Shown: piece by piece, positions 14,147 through 27,000 of the stretch | Layout of the letters: every line of letters starts with the position of its first letter | How positions within the stretch are numbered: the stretch's first letter is position 1 | NCBI GenBank assembly: GCA_973895155.1 | Contig: OZ316894.1 | Span: 18,328,805 to 18,392,804 of the forward strand | Length of the DNA stretch: 64,000 bases | Direction: 5' to 3' | DNA from: Marsupella aquatica | Taxonomy: Eukaryota; Plantae; Marchantiophyta | Position numbers and translations under genes: made by a program | Notes under the pieces: generated by a model | What the model was told of the DNA's origin: nothing | Database searches by the model: none | Seen by the model: the letters and a program-made list of their open reading frames with translations, nothing else

Positions 14147-17100
14147 TCAATGTTGATGCAAACTCATTGCCGAACGTATGGACGCCAGATTGGCACCGTA
14201 GAAGGTTTGGATTTCTGTGTCCGAAGTCCGTCGCACAGCTCGACAACCTCTCATATGCACCTTTAGTGAATCTGGCTTGAAAGTTCTCCCACACTGCCTG
14301 AAAAATGTACATGATCGCGGAGATCATTACGAACCAAAGTTAGTTTTTGTGGTTCAGAACACATTAAAAATCCAGACGCCTACAGTAGACAGAGTGCATG
14401 AGAGTCCGGCGTTGGGCCATTTCTTGAACTTCGAGCGGGAGATTGATCGACATGGAGTTAAAACGGTCTCAATAACGCGGTCAAAATTTCATTCTGCACG
14501 TGTAATCCTCGCGATGTTATCTATTATTTAATTGAGCTGGCTATTCTCTACATTATAGCCGATCTGAAAGCTTTGGAATGTCATTAACTAAGTACTATCC
14601 TTTCGTTAAAATGAGCCCATCATCACGGTCTCGAACATGACCCAAAAGCTGCAGTTGCAAGTTATGAAGGCCATTACCCACATTGTTGTAAGATTTGTCC
14701 AAAGTCAGGGGGTGGAAGGCTAACGCTCGCTGCTTCTTGAAGCGTTTTCTCCCAATCACGAGCACTTCTTCCTGCAGTGAGCGGCCTGCATTTTCCCACG
14801 CAAATGTTCAACGTGCATTCCACGACACCAATCATGCTGATCCTTCACTCAAAGCTAACTTCACATGACTGTGCCCATAAGCTCCACTTGCACTATACAT
14901 GTACAGTACTTAATTCAAGAACAATATGGGCAATTTCCCGTCTTTAGCTGCACGAAGCAATTGCAAATTAAGCTCAGGCTCCGATACTCATGATGCATCT
15001 ATGATTGGCAAGATAAGTCTACAGATTCTCCGAGCCAAGTAAGTGACGAGTCATCAGTCTGAAGGGGCAATGAACTGTGAAATTGGAAGTCGCAGCGGTA
15101 TACCTCTCATCTCTATTCATGGTATAATTGCCGTTTTTCCTGGACGGAGTTTGTGGACATTCTTCCCACAACAGTGCACTGATCCGTGGAGGACTTTTGT
15201 TGACTGTGCTTGAGATGGATTTTGCTCCGATGGTAGTAGCTCCGTTCTTGATGCCGGAGACCCTTTTCGAACTCGCTATGGAACGCGTGACAGCACCTGA
15301 AGGGACTTTCGAACGTTCGATTTCTTTTGCTAGATCTTTCATGAATTTGGAGTCTTTTGAAGCGACTTCCTTCACAAGGCCCCTGGCACGAGCTCGACCA
15401 TCTTCCGTACGTCTGTTGAAGCTCCCCCCAGGACTTGTGAGCGGTCGCAGCAGTGCCTGAGCTGGGCTATTGGTTCGAATTGGACTGGTTTTCCGAGTCG
15501 GACTAGACGGAGGATTATGCTTCACAGGACTCTCTGGACTCTGGGGATGTCCAGAAGTCACTGGTGCTCTGGCTCCAGGGATTGAATCGCATACTGAAAC
15601 TCTGCAATCATTCGCAAGCAAAGAGTGGCGTGAGACAAAAGAGTAGCGTGAGGCATTGAAGCCTTAGAAGCAAATCCTTCTTTAGACAAACTTTCTCAAG
15701 TTGATTTTCCAAACGAATCCTTGAAAGCTAATCTCTCAGTCGCTGTCAATAAGACCTTAAAATAAATATCTCTCCTTCAAAAAGAAATGAATACGTAGTT
15801 AACAGTAAGCTACCATGGCGACATACAACTTGATCTCTGCTATTTCATGAACTTTAATGCTGGATTCTTCTGTGGTGTCCACAATGACCATCCAAATATC
15901 TGTACTGGGAGTGGACGAGGGAGTGGAGGAATAAAAATTTAGTAAAGAATTAGAACAGAAAGTACCTGGGAAGATTGAGAGACTTATCGATGTCGAAACT
16001 TTTGCCTCCATCAGTGTTCGAGTGCTTGGGCAAAAGAATTATCACTTCTTTCACCGAGGTACCACTTGTGAAATTTTGATCGACAGCAGCAGGCGTAGGT
16101 TGCTGAACCGGCAATAGCTCAGTTATGACCTCCTTTACTGAGATAGGAGCCATACCCTCAGCTGCATTTGATTGTTCAGACGACATTTTCATTACGCTCA
16201 GAGCGGTGTCGGCACTGTCTGCAGTATGATCTGAAGATGAAATTTTGATAGATTTCCCAAGCAGTGAAGGGGTATTCTTAGGTTCGTTGGAAGAGGGATT
16301 CGGTGGTCCAGTGGGTAACTGAGGCGTCCCTGAACCAGAAGAATTTGCATCAACCGGCATGTCAAACTCGAAGCTGGAATTGAGAGCTCGCCGAACGGCC
16401 GCGGTCCGGTCAGATTCTGGCAATCGGATGTCCGCCTGAATGGGAGTGGAAGGGAGTTCAGGAGCGACCTTTGATTCTGTCGTCGACCGAGATTTGCGCC
16501 CCGGTTTCCACCGAGTCCAATACGGGCCAGTGCTGTGTGGGCGAGCATTGCTGGATGATTGCGTGGCCTCTGAAGAAGATTGAAGGAGGATGGAAATAGT
16601 ATTCGACGGTCGGACCGGGCTGTCAGGCCTCGAGTCAGTAGCATGAGGGCTCAATTGGCTGCAGAATCGGAGCTGAGAGAGACACGTTGCTTGCTTTGAA
16701 AATCTCATCGCGGACATTGACTCCACTGTGTGAGTGCTTGCGGAGGGACTGAGAGTGGACGACCTGAGCGAAGATGAGTGAAGGATCTTTCCCAACTTCT
16801 TCTCCGGCGTGGACAGAACTGCCATGAGTCGTCTAGGAGAAAGCATGAACGATGCATTGTCATTGAGTTCCTGAGCCACTGAAGCCTTGAGCTTGGTCTT
16901 GATTGGAGGCAGCTCCTCGGGCTTTTCGTGCCGCCCTGTCGCGAAATGCTTTCCAATCTTTGGCCTATCGTCTGCACAGATTGGTTGGTCCTGGCTTTGG
17001 CAGGATTGCTTTGCAACGAGATGATCATAGGTCAAATCAGTTCGTGAGGATGAGGATGCACTTTTGGAACACTGCTCTCTCGCGGTAACACTGCTCTCTA

Positions 17101-18613
17101 GGAAGTTGTTCTGTGTGCTAGACTCTTCCGAGAGAAAGGTCTCGTTCGAAGACATGTCGTAGCGGTCGAGTGTGCACTCCTCTGCAGGTCCAGCTTTTGC
17201 TTGAGAAAGGCTGGTCATCACTTGTTGGTTCAAATCCATGCTCTTGTCCTTGCTGAACCTTTTCAAGTGACCATGAGGATTGCCCATCATCTGTAAGCTT
17301 AGAGATAGGGCTGCAGCCAGATCACTTTGGTCTTGCAGGTGATCATGCTGTTGGTCCAGATTTCGCTTGACACACTCAAAGTCGAACTTCTTATGGTCAA
17401 TTTTGTTGTGGACCTGTACAGACTCGGATTGCTTTGGGCTCAAACTCGTGCTTTCAGGGTCAATTTGGCCGGAATCCAAGTAATCGGACTTTCCTGCAGT
17501 CATCATTGTCCCCACATTCATCACCTCATGAATCACTCACCAAGAATATTTCAGGCAGGCACATATTGGCCCCAGAATATAGAAGTCTCTAGCAGTGACG
17601 GAACACATTGTAGCTTCAAGGAGTATACTATGAAGGAATTTCTAGAACACAGTTTGAAATCTTATTGATCGAACCCTATACCAAGGACGACTAGACTTTG
17701 GACCATGTAACAGTGACAATGACCGCTGCAGTGTGGAATTTCAAAAAATGCTCGGAACTGCAAAAGCAAAACTTGGTCTTGACGAATGTGTTTACAATTA
17801 TGCTAAAATGTTGCTGTATCGAATCTATTGTCTCCATTACCTGGGGCTCGATACCCAGCATATAACCCTGAGCCTTTAAGGACGAATTCGCCATCAGCCA
17901 GGGGGAGAATTTTATCATCGTTGGCCAAATCTTGCCAAATGTAGTTGTCCTTATAGTTCCTGCAGCACCCGCGACATACATGTCCCCATTACATCTGGTC
18001 CAAGGACGTACAGCTCGTTTTGAGTATCATTAGTATACTGACATATGCACAAGCTTGAAAATGCGACAAGGTGTGCCAAAGTGGTCTCGGTATGAACGAT
18101 TACATCGATAGAGCATAGAGCATACTGGAAAGGGCGCAGTACCTTTTGCAGGACCAGGAAAACGAGTCTGCCACCCCTTTTCCACGAATAGCTGTCAGCC
18201 TTTGCTTAACATCTGAACGAAAACAAACAGTTAATATTCCACATTTTCTCCGAACAAATCAATACGCAAATTTCAGTACTGGGATTCGAATTGCGTAGGG
18301 TTACTCCAGAGTGCCATATCATTCAATCCAAATCTATAACAATTGGAAACATTTGCATAAAAACAGAAATCCTGGATGAAGTAGTTACTAATAGCCAGGT
18401 CCATGCTGGAGAGAATCCCAATATATTTCATTAATCCTCCAAGGAACAATAGCATCAAAACGAACCTCTCAAATAAAGGCCGTTGCTGTTGGGAGAGATG
18501 GTGACATCGACGAGATGAGGCTGCTGCAGTTGCCCAGCCCGGCTAAGATAATAAACCACCTGAACTTTTATGGGCTCTTCTTGAGGTTCCATGCCTTGGC
18601 CTTCGATCATCAT
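14147..18613 (-). CDS. SOK: SOSEKI-family polarity protein (DUF966 DIX-like domain, long disordered centre, C-terminal C2HC zinc finger), 873 aa
   Basis: Exons 18613-18466, 18212-18143, 17959-17841, 17493-15966, 15601-15104, 14785-14678 and 14297-14147 are all GT-AG and phase-consistent (2622 nt). The N-terminus [76 protein letters not shown] is the SOSEKI DIX-like domain. The C-terminus is [24 protein letters not shown]. Confidence 0.95.
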
Positions 18614-20093
18614 CCTTTCTCTCTACTTTGCTTGTATTATTCAGCTGATCACTGCTGTGACGATCTCGAGACAGCGCTACCAGAGGATAGATTTTGAAAT
18701 ATTGACGATACTTCGATTTGAAGTAGAGGACTGTAGCTGGTCCACTCCCTGAGTGACCTTGACTTGAACCTAGGCCCTTGTGAAATCCGATTTGGCTTTC
18801 ACAAGATGGCTTTTAGTTGAACGAGCCAGTCGTAGACAGTATATCAATGAATTTGGAGCAAGAACTGTTTCTCTGACCCCGTTCCCGACCATTTTTTGAC
18901 CAAGTGTATAAGCGGAACAGTCGAGCTTCTCGGACCATGATCATAAACGTAAGCATCGACTCGTCAACCAAAAGTCAATCGTCTTGCATCGCGTCAATCG
19001 ATCGTCGATCATGGGTCTACCCATTCACAGTAGGCTGTACATCGATTTGATGATCGAACAAAAGAATGCTCGACTGTGCGCAAAGAGGCTGGACACTGAA
19101 AGACGATCACACAAAGAGCGAGTTCACCTAAGCTGATCGTGGACAAGCTCCAGGGGGGTGGTGGTCCTTTGCCGACCGCACTCACTGGCGTTATGCTTCT
19201 GAATCTGCAGCAGCAGGTCCGGATCATTTTGAAACCGACGACATGCTCCCTCCCTCACACTCTCTCTCTTGTGCAGCACTGAGCGTACCACCAAACTACT
19301 GACTCTTCCTACGCTAGGAGGCTAACTAGGCACATAGCCTCTCGGGACTGTAACTCTCTAGCTCCCTTTCTATCTCAGAGCTGACTGACTCGGTCGCTAC
19401 ACTAGTACACTCATGCTACACTCATTCCATCCATCCCTCTGGGCATCACACTGTCGATCCCGCTTGATCGGACGAGACTCTTCCTCTTCTGCGCTGCTCC
19501 AGACCGACGACGGATGTCAGTACCTGAATGCGAACCATCGGAAATGAAATAATATTCAGACTGCCTTCAATGCCCGGGCTTCAATGGAGCACATCGGCAT
19601 TGCGCCCATGTTTCTGGAATCAAATTCGATCGACTCGATGAGTTTATCGAGTACGTATTTGGACACTATTGGCATATCTCATACGGTACTTTGCTTGCCT
19701 TTTCTTCGCTCGATCGTATGGACGATGGTATTGTAGAAACACCTGTATGTACGTCATAACTGCAATATTTTGACGAGTTCTGCAATCAATTGGCATTATT
19801 TTGGTACGAAAATTAATTTAGTGCGGGCATGCGGGGATTGTTATTGTTGCTGTACCAAACGTAGTGTACAAAAAGGTATTCAATACATTTTTTATAATGT
19901 ATTGTAACTTTACTCCATACATATAATTATACAGTATGTATTTATCATCTACAGCACGGCCCAGTACGCTATCTGGATCAGTGTTGTTATTGGAAAAATT
20001 TAATCAGATTTCAGTAGGTGACCTAATAAAGGACGACAGATGACATTTTTTCGATCACCGTCCATAATATTCCTTTGGCACCCTTCATAAACC

Positions 20094-20350
20094 TTGAGAC
20101 ATTGGTCACCGGCCAGATCTAACAAACAGTATTCCTTTAACCCTGGAAGATTGAGTGACGCACATGAATTAAACCCTTTCTAATCCTTTGAGAGTTGAGA
20201 CCCTGGTCACCAGTACCAACAGAGTATTCCTTTAATCCTGGAATCTTGAATGATGTACATTAAGTAAACCCCTCCTAATCCTTCGAGACCCTGGTCACCA
20301 ACACAGTGTTCCTTTAATCCTGGAAGATTGAATATGCACATAAACCTCTT
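20094..20350. repeat. Tandem array, 3 x ~90 bp degenerate units
   Basis: gagac.ctggtcacc...gtattcctttaa.cctggaa..ttga occurs three times. Confidence 0.85.
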
Positions 20351-21449
20351 CACATGTAAGAGCCACATGCTGGTGGAATGGTAGACCAAACAAAGGAGGC
20401 CCCCAAACAAGGGAGGCCAGGTCTTGGGTTCCGGGCTGGGTTCAAGATTTGCTAGGATTCTTTTTACACACACTCAGAAAATACATTGGAGAGCAACAGT
20501 AGAGACGGGACGCTCAAAATGAGCCTCGAGATTGTTCTAAGTGATAAATCTCCTTAACACTGCACTATTAGACATTAGATGACTTGCCATCGGTGGGTAC
20601 CCTATATACCAGATATGGACCACCATGTCAAACCTAAAGAGAACATTGATCAGGACAATGAGAATGCACTCCCCCTTTATTGGGAGAATGTAGTTATTTA
20701 ATATTTTGTTAATATTAGGCCAGTTTGCTTCAACTATTAGTACTGTCAGGAAATGGGACATATATATAGCATGCCTTAATTAGCCACAATTCAGAAAATT
20801 TGCAAACTTGCAGGAGGGAAAATTAAGATACAAAAGGTTGTTACACTCTCAAGAGACGATAAGGCAACAATGACTCGGGAAAAAAGGTCCAATACAGTTC
20901 TCCCCCTATTGCCCATACATATGACTAGTAAGTATATGACTAGATTAAAAAACTTCAGAGTTCCAGCTGAAACTGAGTTTCGGGGCGATACTAGTTACGA
21001 GTGTGAAAATTGTTGCGGTTCTTCCACATGAGAGATGGAGAAGTCTAGCTTCTGAATTCAACGTTCGACAAAAGTCCAAGTCTGCTCGAACCCATATATT
21101 TTCGTGCGACAAGTGTTGTATACATTGCTTCACAGGTCCAGTTGTATATATGGGGAGGAGCTCTGTAGTCTGTATGGAGCAAAGATCGAAAAAACTCTTG
21201 GGAAAATGTGACAGTTAATGACGGTCAATACGTATTTGAATTAAACTGCTTCGGGAAGTTCAATACAGATTAGATAGCTAGGAAGCGTAAAAGGGAAATC
21301 TGAATCCCAGATTCCCAGTAACAGTACGTCCGTCTCTGTGACTTACTAAAATGTACTGTCTGACATCGTTTGGGAAAGTTTAGACAATCTGAATGGTGTG
21401 GGTGAATTCAAAGGTTGGAAACCAAACTCTGCTCATTCTCAGGCTTTCA

Positions 21450-21671
21450 ACTGTGTGTTTAACCTTAAAGGCTGGTCGGTTCCGATGGCTGTCTACAGTA
21501 GCTACTTTGAATCCAATTCCATGGATAAACACTGTACGTTGCTACCAGATATTGTGGCAACTTATTACTGTGTCCCTTACCTTGAAGGCTGCTCGGTGCC
21601 GATGGCTATCTACAGTAGGTAGTTTGAATCCGACTTCATGGTTGATACTGTACTTTGCTACCAGATATAGT
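21450..21671. repeat. Direct tandem duplication, 2 x ~117 bp
   Basis: actgtgt...aaggctg.tcggt.ccgatggct.tctacagtag...tttgaatcc...tgctaccagatat occurs twice. Confidence 0.85.
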
Positions 21672-22394
21672 TAACCTGCAGTTCGAAACTTTTGGTGCCA
21701 GCTGCACGTCCCACCTCAAACTAAAATCTGTCTGCAAATTTTGCCACTTTCAGTCCACCGATTGCGTAGACCAACCTTGTCCAGTTGTCGCTGCAAGGAA
21801 TTACTGTAGTATAAACGACCCGCATTGTCTTTGGTTTGCTGGTCTCTTAGTAATAAGTGCAGTGCAGAACTGATATGATCACTTTGCTTGACTTAGCCAG
21901 CCCCCAAGCAGCCTGGTGCTCAGGTCCCAAAGTCAGGAAGTCGCCTGAATAAAAAGAAATGTACGTTACTGTCACACATCTGTGTGGCAATTGGATTCAT
22001 CTCCTCTGGTCTCTTCAATGCTATTTGTACCAAATCTCTGTCATATGGCGGTTTTTCCAAAACCACACAAGTCGAGGTTTCCCACACAAGTCGAGGTGTC
22101 GGCTCCATTCCAATGTTCCGCACTAAGCAAGATTAATTCAAGTTAATATATTATCCAAACAGTCACTTATGTACGGTAGGGCATGGACTGTGCTGTACTT
22201 TCATAAATTACACCAGTGATATTTGAATGCGCAATTATTCTAAAATTTATTGATAACCCAAACTTCCATGACATGTCTTACGCCTGGACATAGCACCCGA
22301 TGGGTAGTTTGAGTGAATTGTTGAATTGTGGCGCGGTGTGGACTTGCCCGACAAATAGAGTCTTTAGAGCCCGTCAATCGACAAGTGGTCACCC

Positions 22395-22870
22395 TGACTG
22401 TCCCGGCCCGGCCATGACTACTGCCCGGTCCGAGCTGGCCTGCCCCTGAAGCACCCCGGTAAAACCCCCTGACCCGACCTCCCCGGCCCAACTTGCCCGG
22501 CAAAACCCCTCGGTTCCGGTCCCCGACCTCCCCGGCCCCATGCCCCAGTCTCCCCTTCCTGAACTCCCCTTCCCCGGCCGCATCCCCTGAGCTCCCCTTC
22601 CCAAGCTCCCCTTCCCCAGGCCGGCAGGTTCGGGAGGAGAGGGGGGAGGGAGTTCCGGAGTTCGGGAGGAGGGGAGGGGAGAGGAGGGGAGCGGGGGAGA
22701 GGAGGGAGGAGGGGGGTTCGGGAGGAAGGGGGCCCGGCCTGGCCCCGGACCCGGGACGGGGCAGGTCCGGGTGAGAGGCCGGGTGCGGGGCAGGGCCGGG
22801 TTCAGGGAGGGGTAGGGTGGCAAGGTCCAGGATGAGGCCAGGTCTTGGTCGGGAATGGTTTGGGCAGTCA
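22395..22870. repeat. GC-rich degenerate foldback (C-rich arm then G-rich arm), likely a non-autonomous TE
   Basis: Abrupt C-to-G skew switch at about 22620; the ends tgactgtccc and tgggcagtca are near-inverted; dense C3-5 and G3-6 tracts. Confidence 0.6.
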
Positions 22871-23697
22871 CTTCAAACCTGGAATTGTGGGTTTCATTGG
22901 ATGGATCGGAGCCTCCCACATCATCTGCAATATTGATATATTGATAGGACTAGTACAACCCCAAAACTTAAGAAAAATCAAAATAAACTGAATATTTTAT
23001 CCCTATTAATCTGAAATGTTCAAAAAATGGTTTTGTAACCTATTTTTGTTTTAAGTCTGAAATTGGATTTGAAAGTCTCCAATATTCTTTTACAAAAAAA
23101 GGTAGTCCCCTGTAACCAGTAAAATGAACTTATGTTTGGTCACCTGTAGTGTGTCTTTCTAATGGAAGTTCGAGGGGGCATGCAAAATGTTTCTTCCCTT
23201 TTCTGTACGTTTGTCTCACACAATAACTTCACCTGTATCTGTTTTGATCTCTTTGAAATCAAGGAACACACGTACAGGCCCACGCACCTTGAGGTGGATA
23301 TATAGTAGTAGTTGGAGCTAGATCAGACAAGACTGAACAATAAAGAAAATGAATCGAAGTACACTATTTATACCCAATATCAACAATCAATCTTGCCATT
23401 TGGGGTGATGGATCCCTGAAAATTAATTTATGGTTGCTTTATCCCACAGCATGCTGCATGTCGCTGTCCAAATCATGCGCTTTGATATAAAGTTAAATCC
23501 GAGGATTGAGACCTCTTTTGTTGTTCCGAAGGCTATTAATGGGTTTAATGCTAGGCCATTTGTGTGGGAGAGGGGAGGTGCAGGGCTTAAAAACCCTTGG
23601 AGGTGTAGTGCTTTTTACACCCCCAACCAAAAGTGGAGTTCAGACAACGTTTGACAAGTCTGAAAAAAGATAATGAATATTTGTTTAAATTGTGTTA

Positions 23698-24046
23698 CAT
23701 TGTCCATTGCAATTAATGTTAGTCACACTAATTTTGTAATAGCCCTTTAAATTTAAGTCTCACATAAAATAGTGTGAATCTAGTTATGTAGATGTCACAC
23801 TAACAAGAATTCACACAAAATGACAGTCACTTTTGGTCTCACTAATTGAGGTCTTTGCCTTGAATACACTGAGAATAGAGGCATAAAACTGAGACTAAAG
23901 CAGACTCTCAATACACAATAAATAATGTGACTTAATATACTTACTTAATCTGATTCGGGTTAGAAAAGAATGTTCACATAATTTAGTGAGTCAGTCTAAT
24001 TTTGGTGTCACATTAAATATACTCACACTATTTTAGGTGGACAGTG
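23698..24046. mobile_element. ~350-bp MITE with TA flanks
   Basis: ta|cattgtcca ... tggacagtg|ta near-perfect short TIR; the interior is full of tcacactaa / gtgtga subterminal motifs in both orientations. Confidence 0.55.
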
Positions 24047-27000
24047 TACCTAGTTCGTATTCTGATCCTGGTTTTGACTCTCGAGTGTTGAATAAGGTTT
24101 TCATGTGGAGGAAAAATTAAACTGAATCTAACCGAAGGTTGACTATCTTGATCCGGTCCCACTGTTTTGACCCTTTAGCGAATAATAAGTATCCATTTCG
24201 AGAAACACTACCCATCTAATCAAAGAATTAATGACAAACTTGATATGGAAAAGAACGACACATTGCGGCTCAAAAAGATAGAGATAGTTGAGCTTCTCTG
24301 AACTAAGTGCTAGATTCGATGAAATCTACTTGACTGGTGTTATTTATATACATGGTCTTGTTGTCAGCAAGAAAACAACCTCATTAGATTTCAGGGTGAC
24401 TGTGACCTTCTCTAACCAATAACTACGTCGAAATTCGTTCGTATAACAAGATTCTCGAGAGGACCCTCTTAAATAATCCTGTCCTCCAGTTCATCAGCAT
24501 GTATGCTTCTATTTTAGCTCCGTGCAGTTCCGTATGTTTGTTGACTTAATAAATGCATTTTGTACGTGATTTTGAGCATAGCCTTAGGGGATTAGTGCTC
24601 ATGTCTTGGTCTCGTGCAAACCTGGATTCCAATCTGATTGTTGCTCATTTTCCTCGGTTCTGCGGCTGGTCTGTGAGTATATAGTTGAATGGTGGATCCA
24701 GTAATTGACATTAATCGAAACGACAAGGTACGTGCATATATACTACGACCTACATACTCTCGACTCGATCTCGATAAAACCAACAGTCACGAGTCCGGGA
24801 GGGTTGGAATTGGAATCTACCTTCGTTGACAAGAACAGTAGCCAGTAGACACAGATTCTCTGGGGATCCCATGCCTCGTCGTCAGCCCACTAGCTAACCC
24901 TTTTTTTTCTTCGAAAATTCAATGGTTGCGGGCTAGGGATCAAACTTGACACAGCAACAGTACGTGGAAAGACTGTTCGAGCTTTTTGCTGCAGAGAGAA
25001 GGGAGATCGAGCTGCACCGTGGGTATGGAACCGACCACTCAATAGACATCGACGCGTTACAGCGTTCCTCGGTTTTTGCTCCCGCGCATACATCAGACGC
25101 AGGCTTTGCGTGGCTTCCCGAAGGTCCATGCATCAATGATTTTTTGTGCACCACTGACAACCTTTTCGCCCCCCCTACTCTCGCCGTTTTGGATTTCTAG
25201 TCCGGGTAGACTGATTGAATGAGACAAACGCAAGTTTTCTGCCTCAGGCAAATCGCGAATCTAGCTCGCTTCTTGTAAAGCTGCCATCATGGAGGCCAAC
25301 TTTAGCTACGTGCCACCCAAGCCGACGACACTTAATTTGGCTGGATGGTCGGACCGTTGAATACATTATTCACTTACATGCTAGAGGAAATATGGCGGCA
25401 CCCCGGCCAATTACACAACTGTGAAATGTAACCCTCAGACGGTACACAGCTTGGCAATGTTTCTGTGTTCTTTTTTGTCATTTACAACATCATATTTCTC
25501 AGCCTGAACCTGATTCGGAGGCCGGAGTCTAATTTCTATCTCTCTACTTCCACCGGGCTCTACATTCTCCGTTGGAACTTAACCGACCATTCTTGCTCCC
25601 TCTAAGGTTGCCGGCTGCAACTTGTGAAGGAGCAGATCTGCAGAGTTGTATCATATCAAAAGAGCATGATGCGCTACTACTGACTGTTGCTTTTACATCC
25701 ACTGTAGCTGGCTTTCGCAAACCACTGTAGCTGACCATGCTACTGTAAATGACCTACATATTCACGAGGAACGAGAGTGGAACATAATGCCTTTGATATT
25801 CTACCAGCGGCTTTCATTTTACACCTTCAACCGATCGATCGTAGTTGAAAATCATGACACTGGGTGACGGTTGGGATTAAAACTTGATGAACTCTGTACT
25901 CAGTCTCCTCAAGGAAGACACAACCGGAAGTCAGGCTGGCACGGTGGGAACAATGAGGGATGAAAGTTGCCACCATATATATCTTGAGGGTGTATATCTC
26001 ACGCATCCCCATAGTTGTATATCAAAATGTGACTATAAGTTGTCCCATGTCACTCCTTACCAGATATGATAAAACAAATTTTTTCTGTTTAGAAAACTGA
26101 GCGTTTCCTAACCATGTATCTAGCTGGCTTCAGTTTCTTAATTGCAATTATCGAGACACGATATCTCAGTACCAAGTATCACCGACGACATTCGTATGGT
26201 ACCAGTGGCAACCCAAATCAGCTACTGTAGACGCACTCCTGAGATCAATAATTTAAAGCAAGAAAAACTTGATCTCAGGTACTTGATGGCATGGCCGAAT
26301 ATAAATTATTTTAGTGTCTACCTTGGTGACGGCCCCACAGGCTCTGTTGCACTTGGGCCTTGGGTCCTCTCAATTCGGGTTTTTTGCACTTGTCTTGATG
26401 TCAAGCATGCGGTTTCTTGGAATGGAATACCACCAACCAAAAAGAAACTTAAAATAACCATTGAAACGTACTCTTAATGTATCTATTTGAAATCTAACTA
26501 AAGAGGTAGTTTTATTTTAATAAAATCCCAATAAATTATAGGATCTGGACGTTGTTAGTAAGGTCCCAAAAGTTTGATGAGACTGACTTTCACGTACGAA
26601 CAGACCGTTTGACGAAGATTTCTAATCCCGAATGCAATGAAGTAATAGTGGACCTAATGATGCTTGCCGTCCCAAGTTCATTGTGAATAATCATAGCCCA
26701 GAAACGAATAGTGGCTCTCAAAGAAGAGTCTCTCGCTTAGCAGAATCAATTCGTTAACTTTCTGCATTTTTTATTCTCGTTGTCATTATAGTAGCTTTTG
26801 TTTAATAAAGATGCCTTTGGAAAACACGCAGGCACTGTCTTATTCTGAGAGTGAGTTTACAAGCTAGTTTGGAGGGCCTGCATGCCTTCCAGATAGCTCG
26901 CAAACCGTCAAGCTTACTGTGACTGTTTAGAGCTCTGAACTCTGGATAGCAGTAACTGTCTAACATAGCTCTTGCCCCCTCATACTCACAAGCGACATTT

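Noticed and set aside
15950-17536. 528-aa ORF as a stand-alone gene (likewise 15019-15621)
   Set aside because: They are internal exons of the SOSEKI gene, bounded by in-phase splice sites.
20094-20350. Repeat arrays as CRISPR-like loci (also 31059-31650, 37290-37400, 39290-39720)
   Set aside because: Units are degenerate along their whole length with no unique spacers; no cas genes; eukaryotic context.
22240-22919. Pro-rich and Gly-rich ORFs
   Set aside because: Open frames arise from the stop-poor C/G-tract foldback.
25442-25457. acacagcttggca resembling the complement of bryophyte miR536
   Set aside because: Only a partial match, with no precursor hairpin and no defined host transcript.
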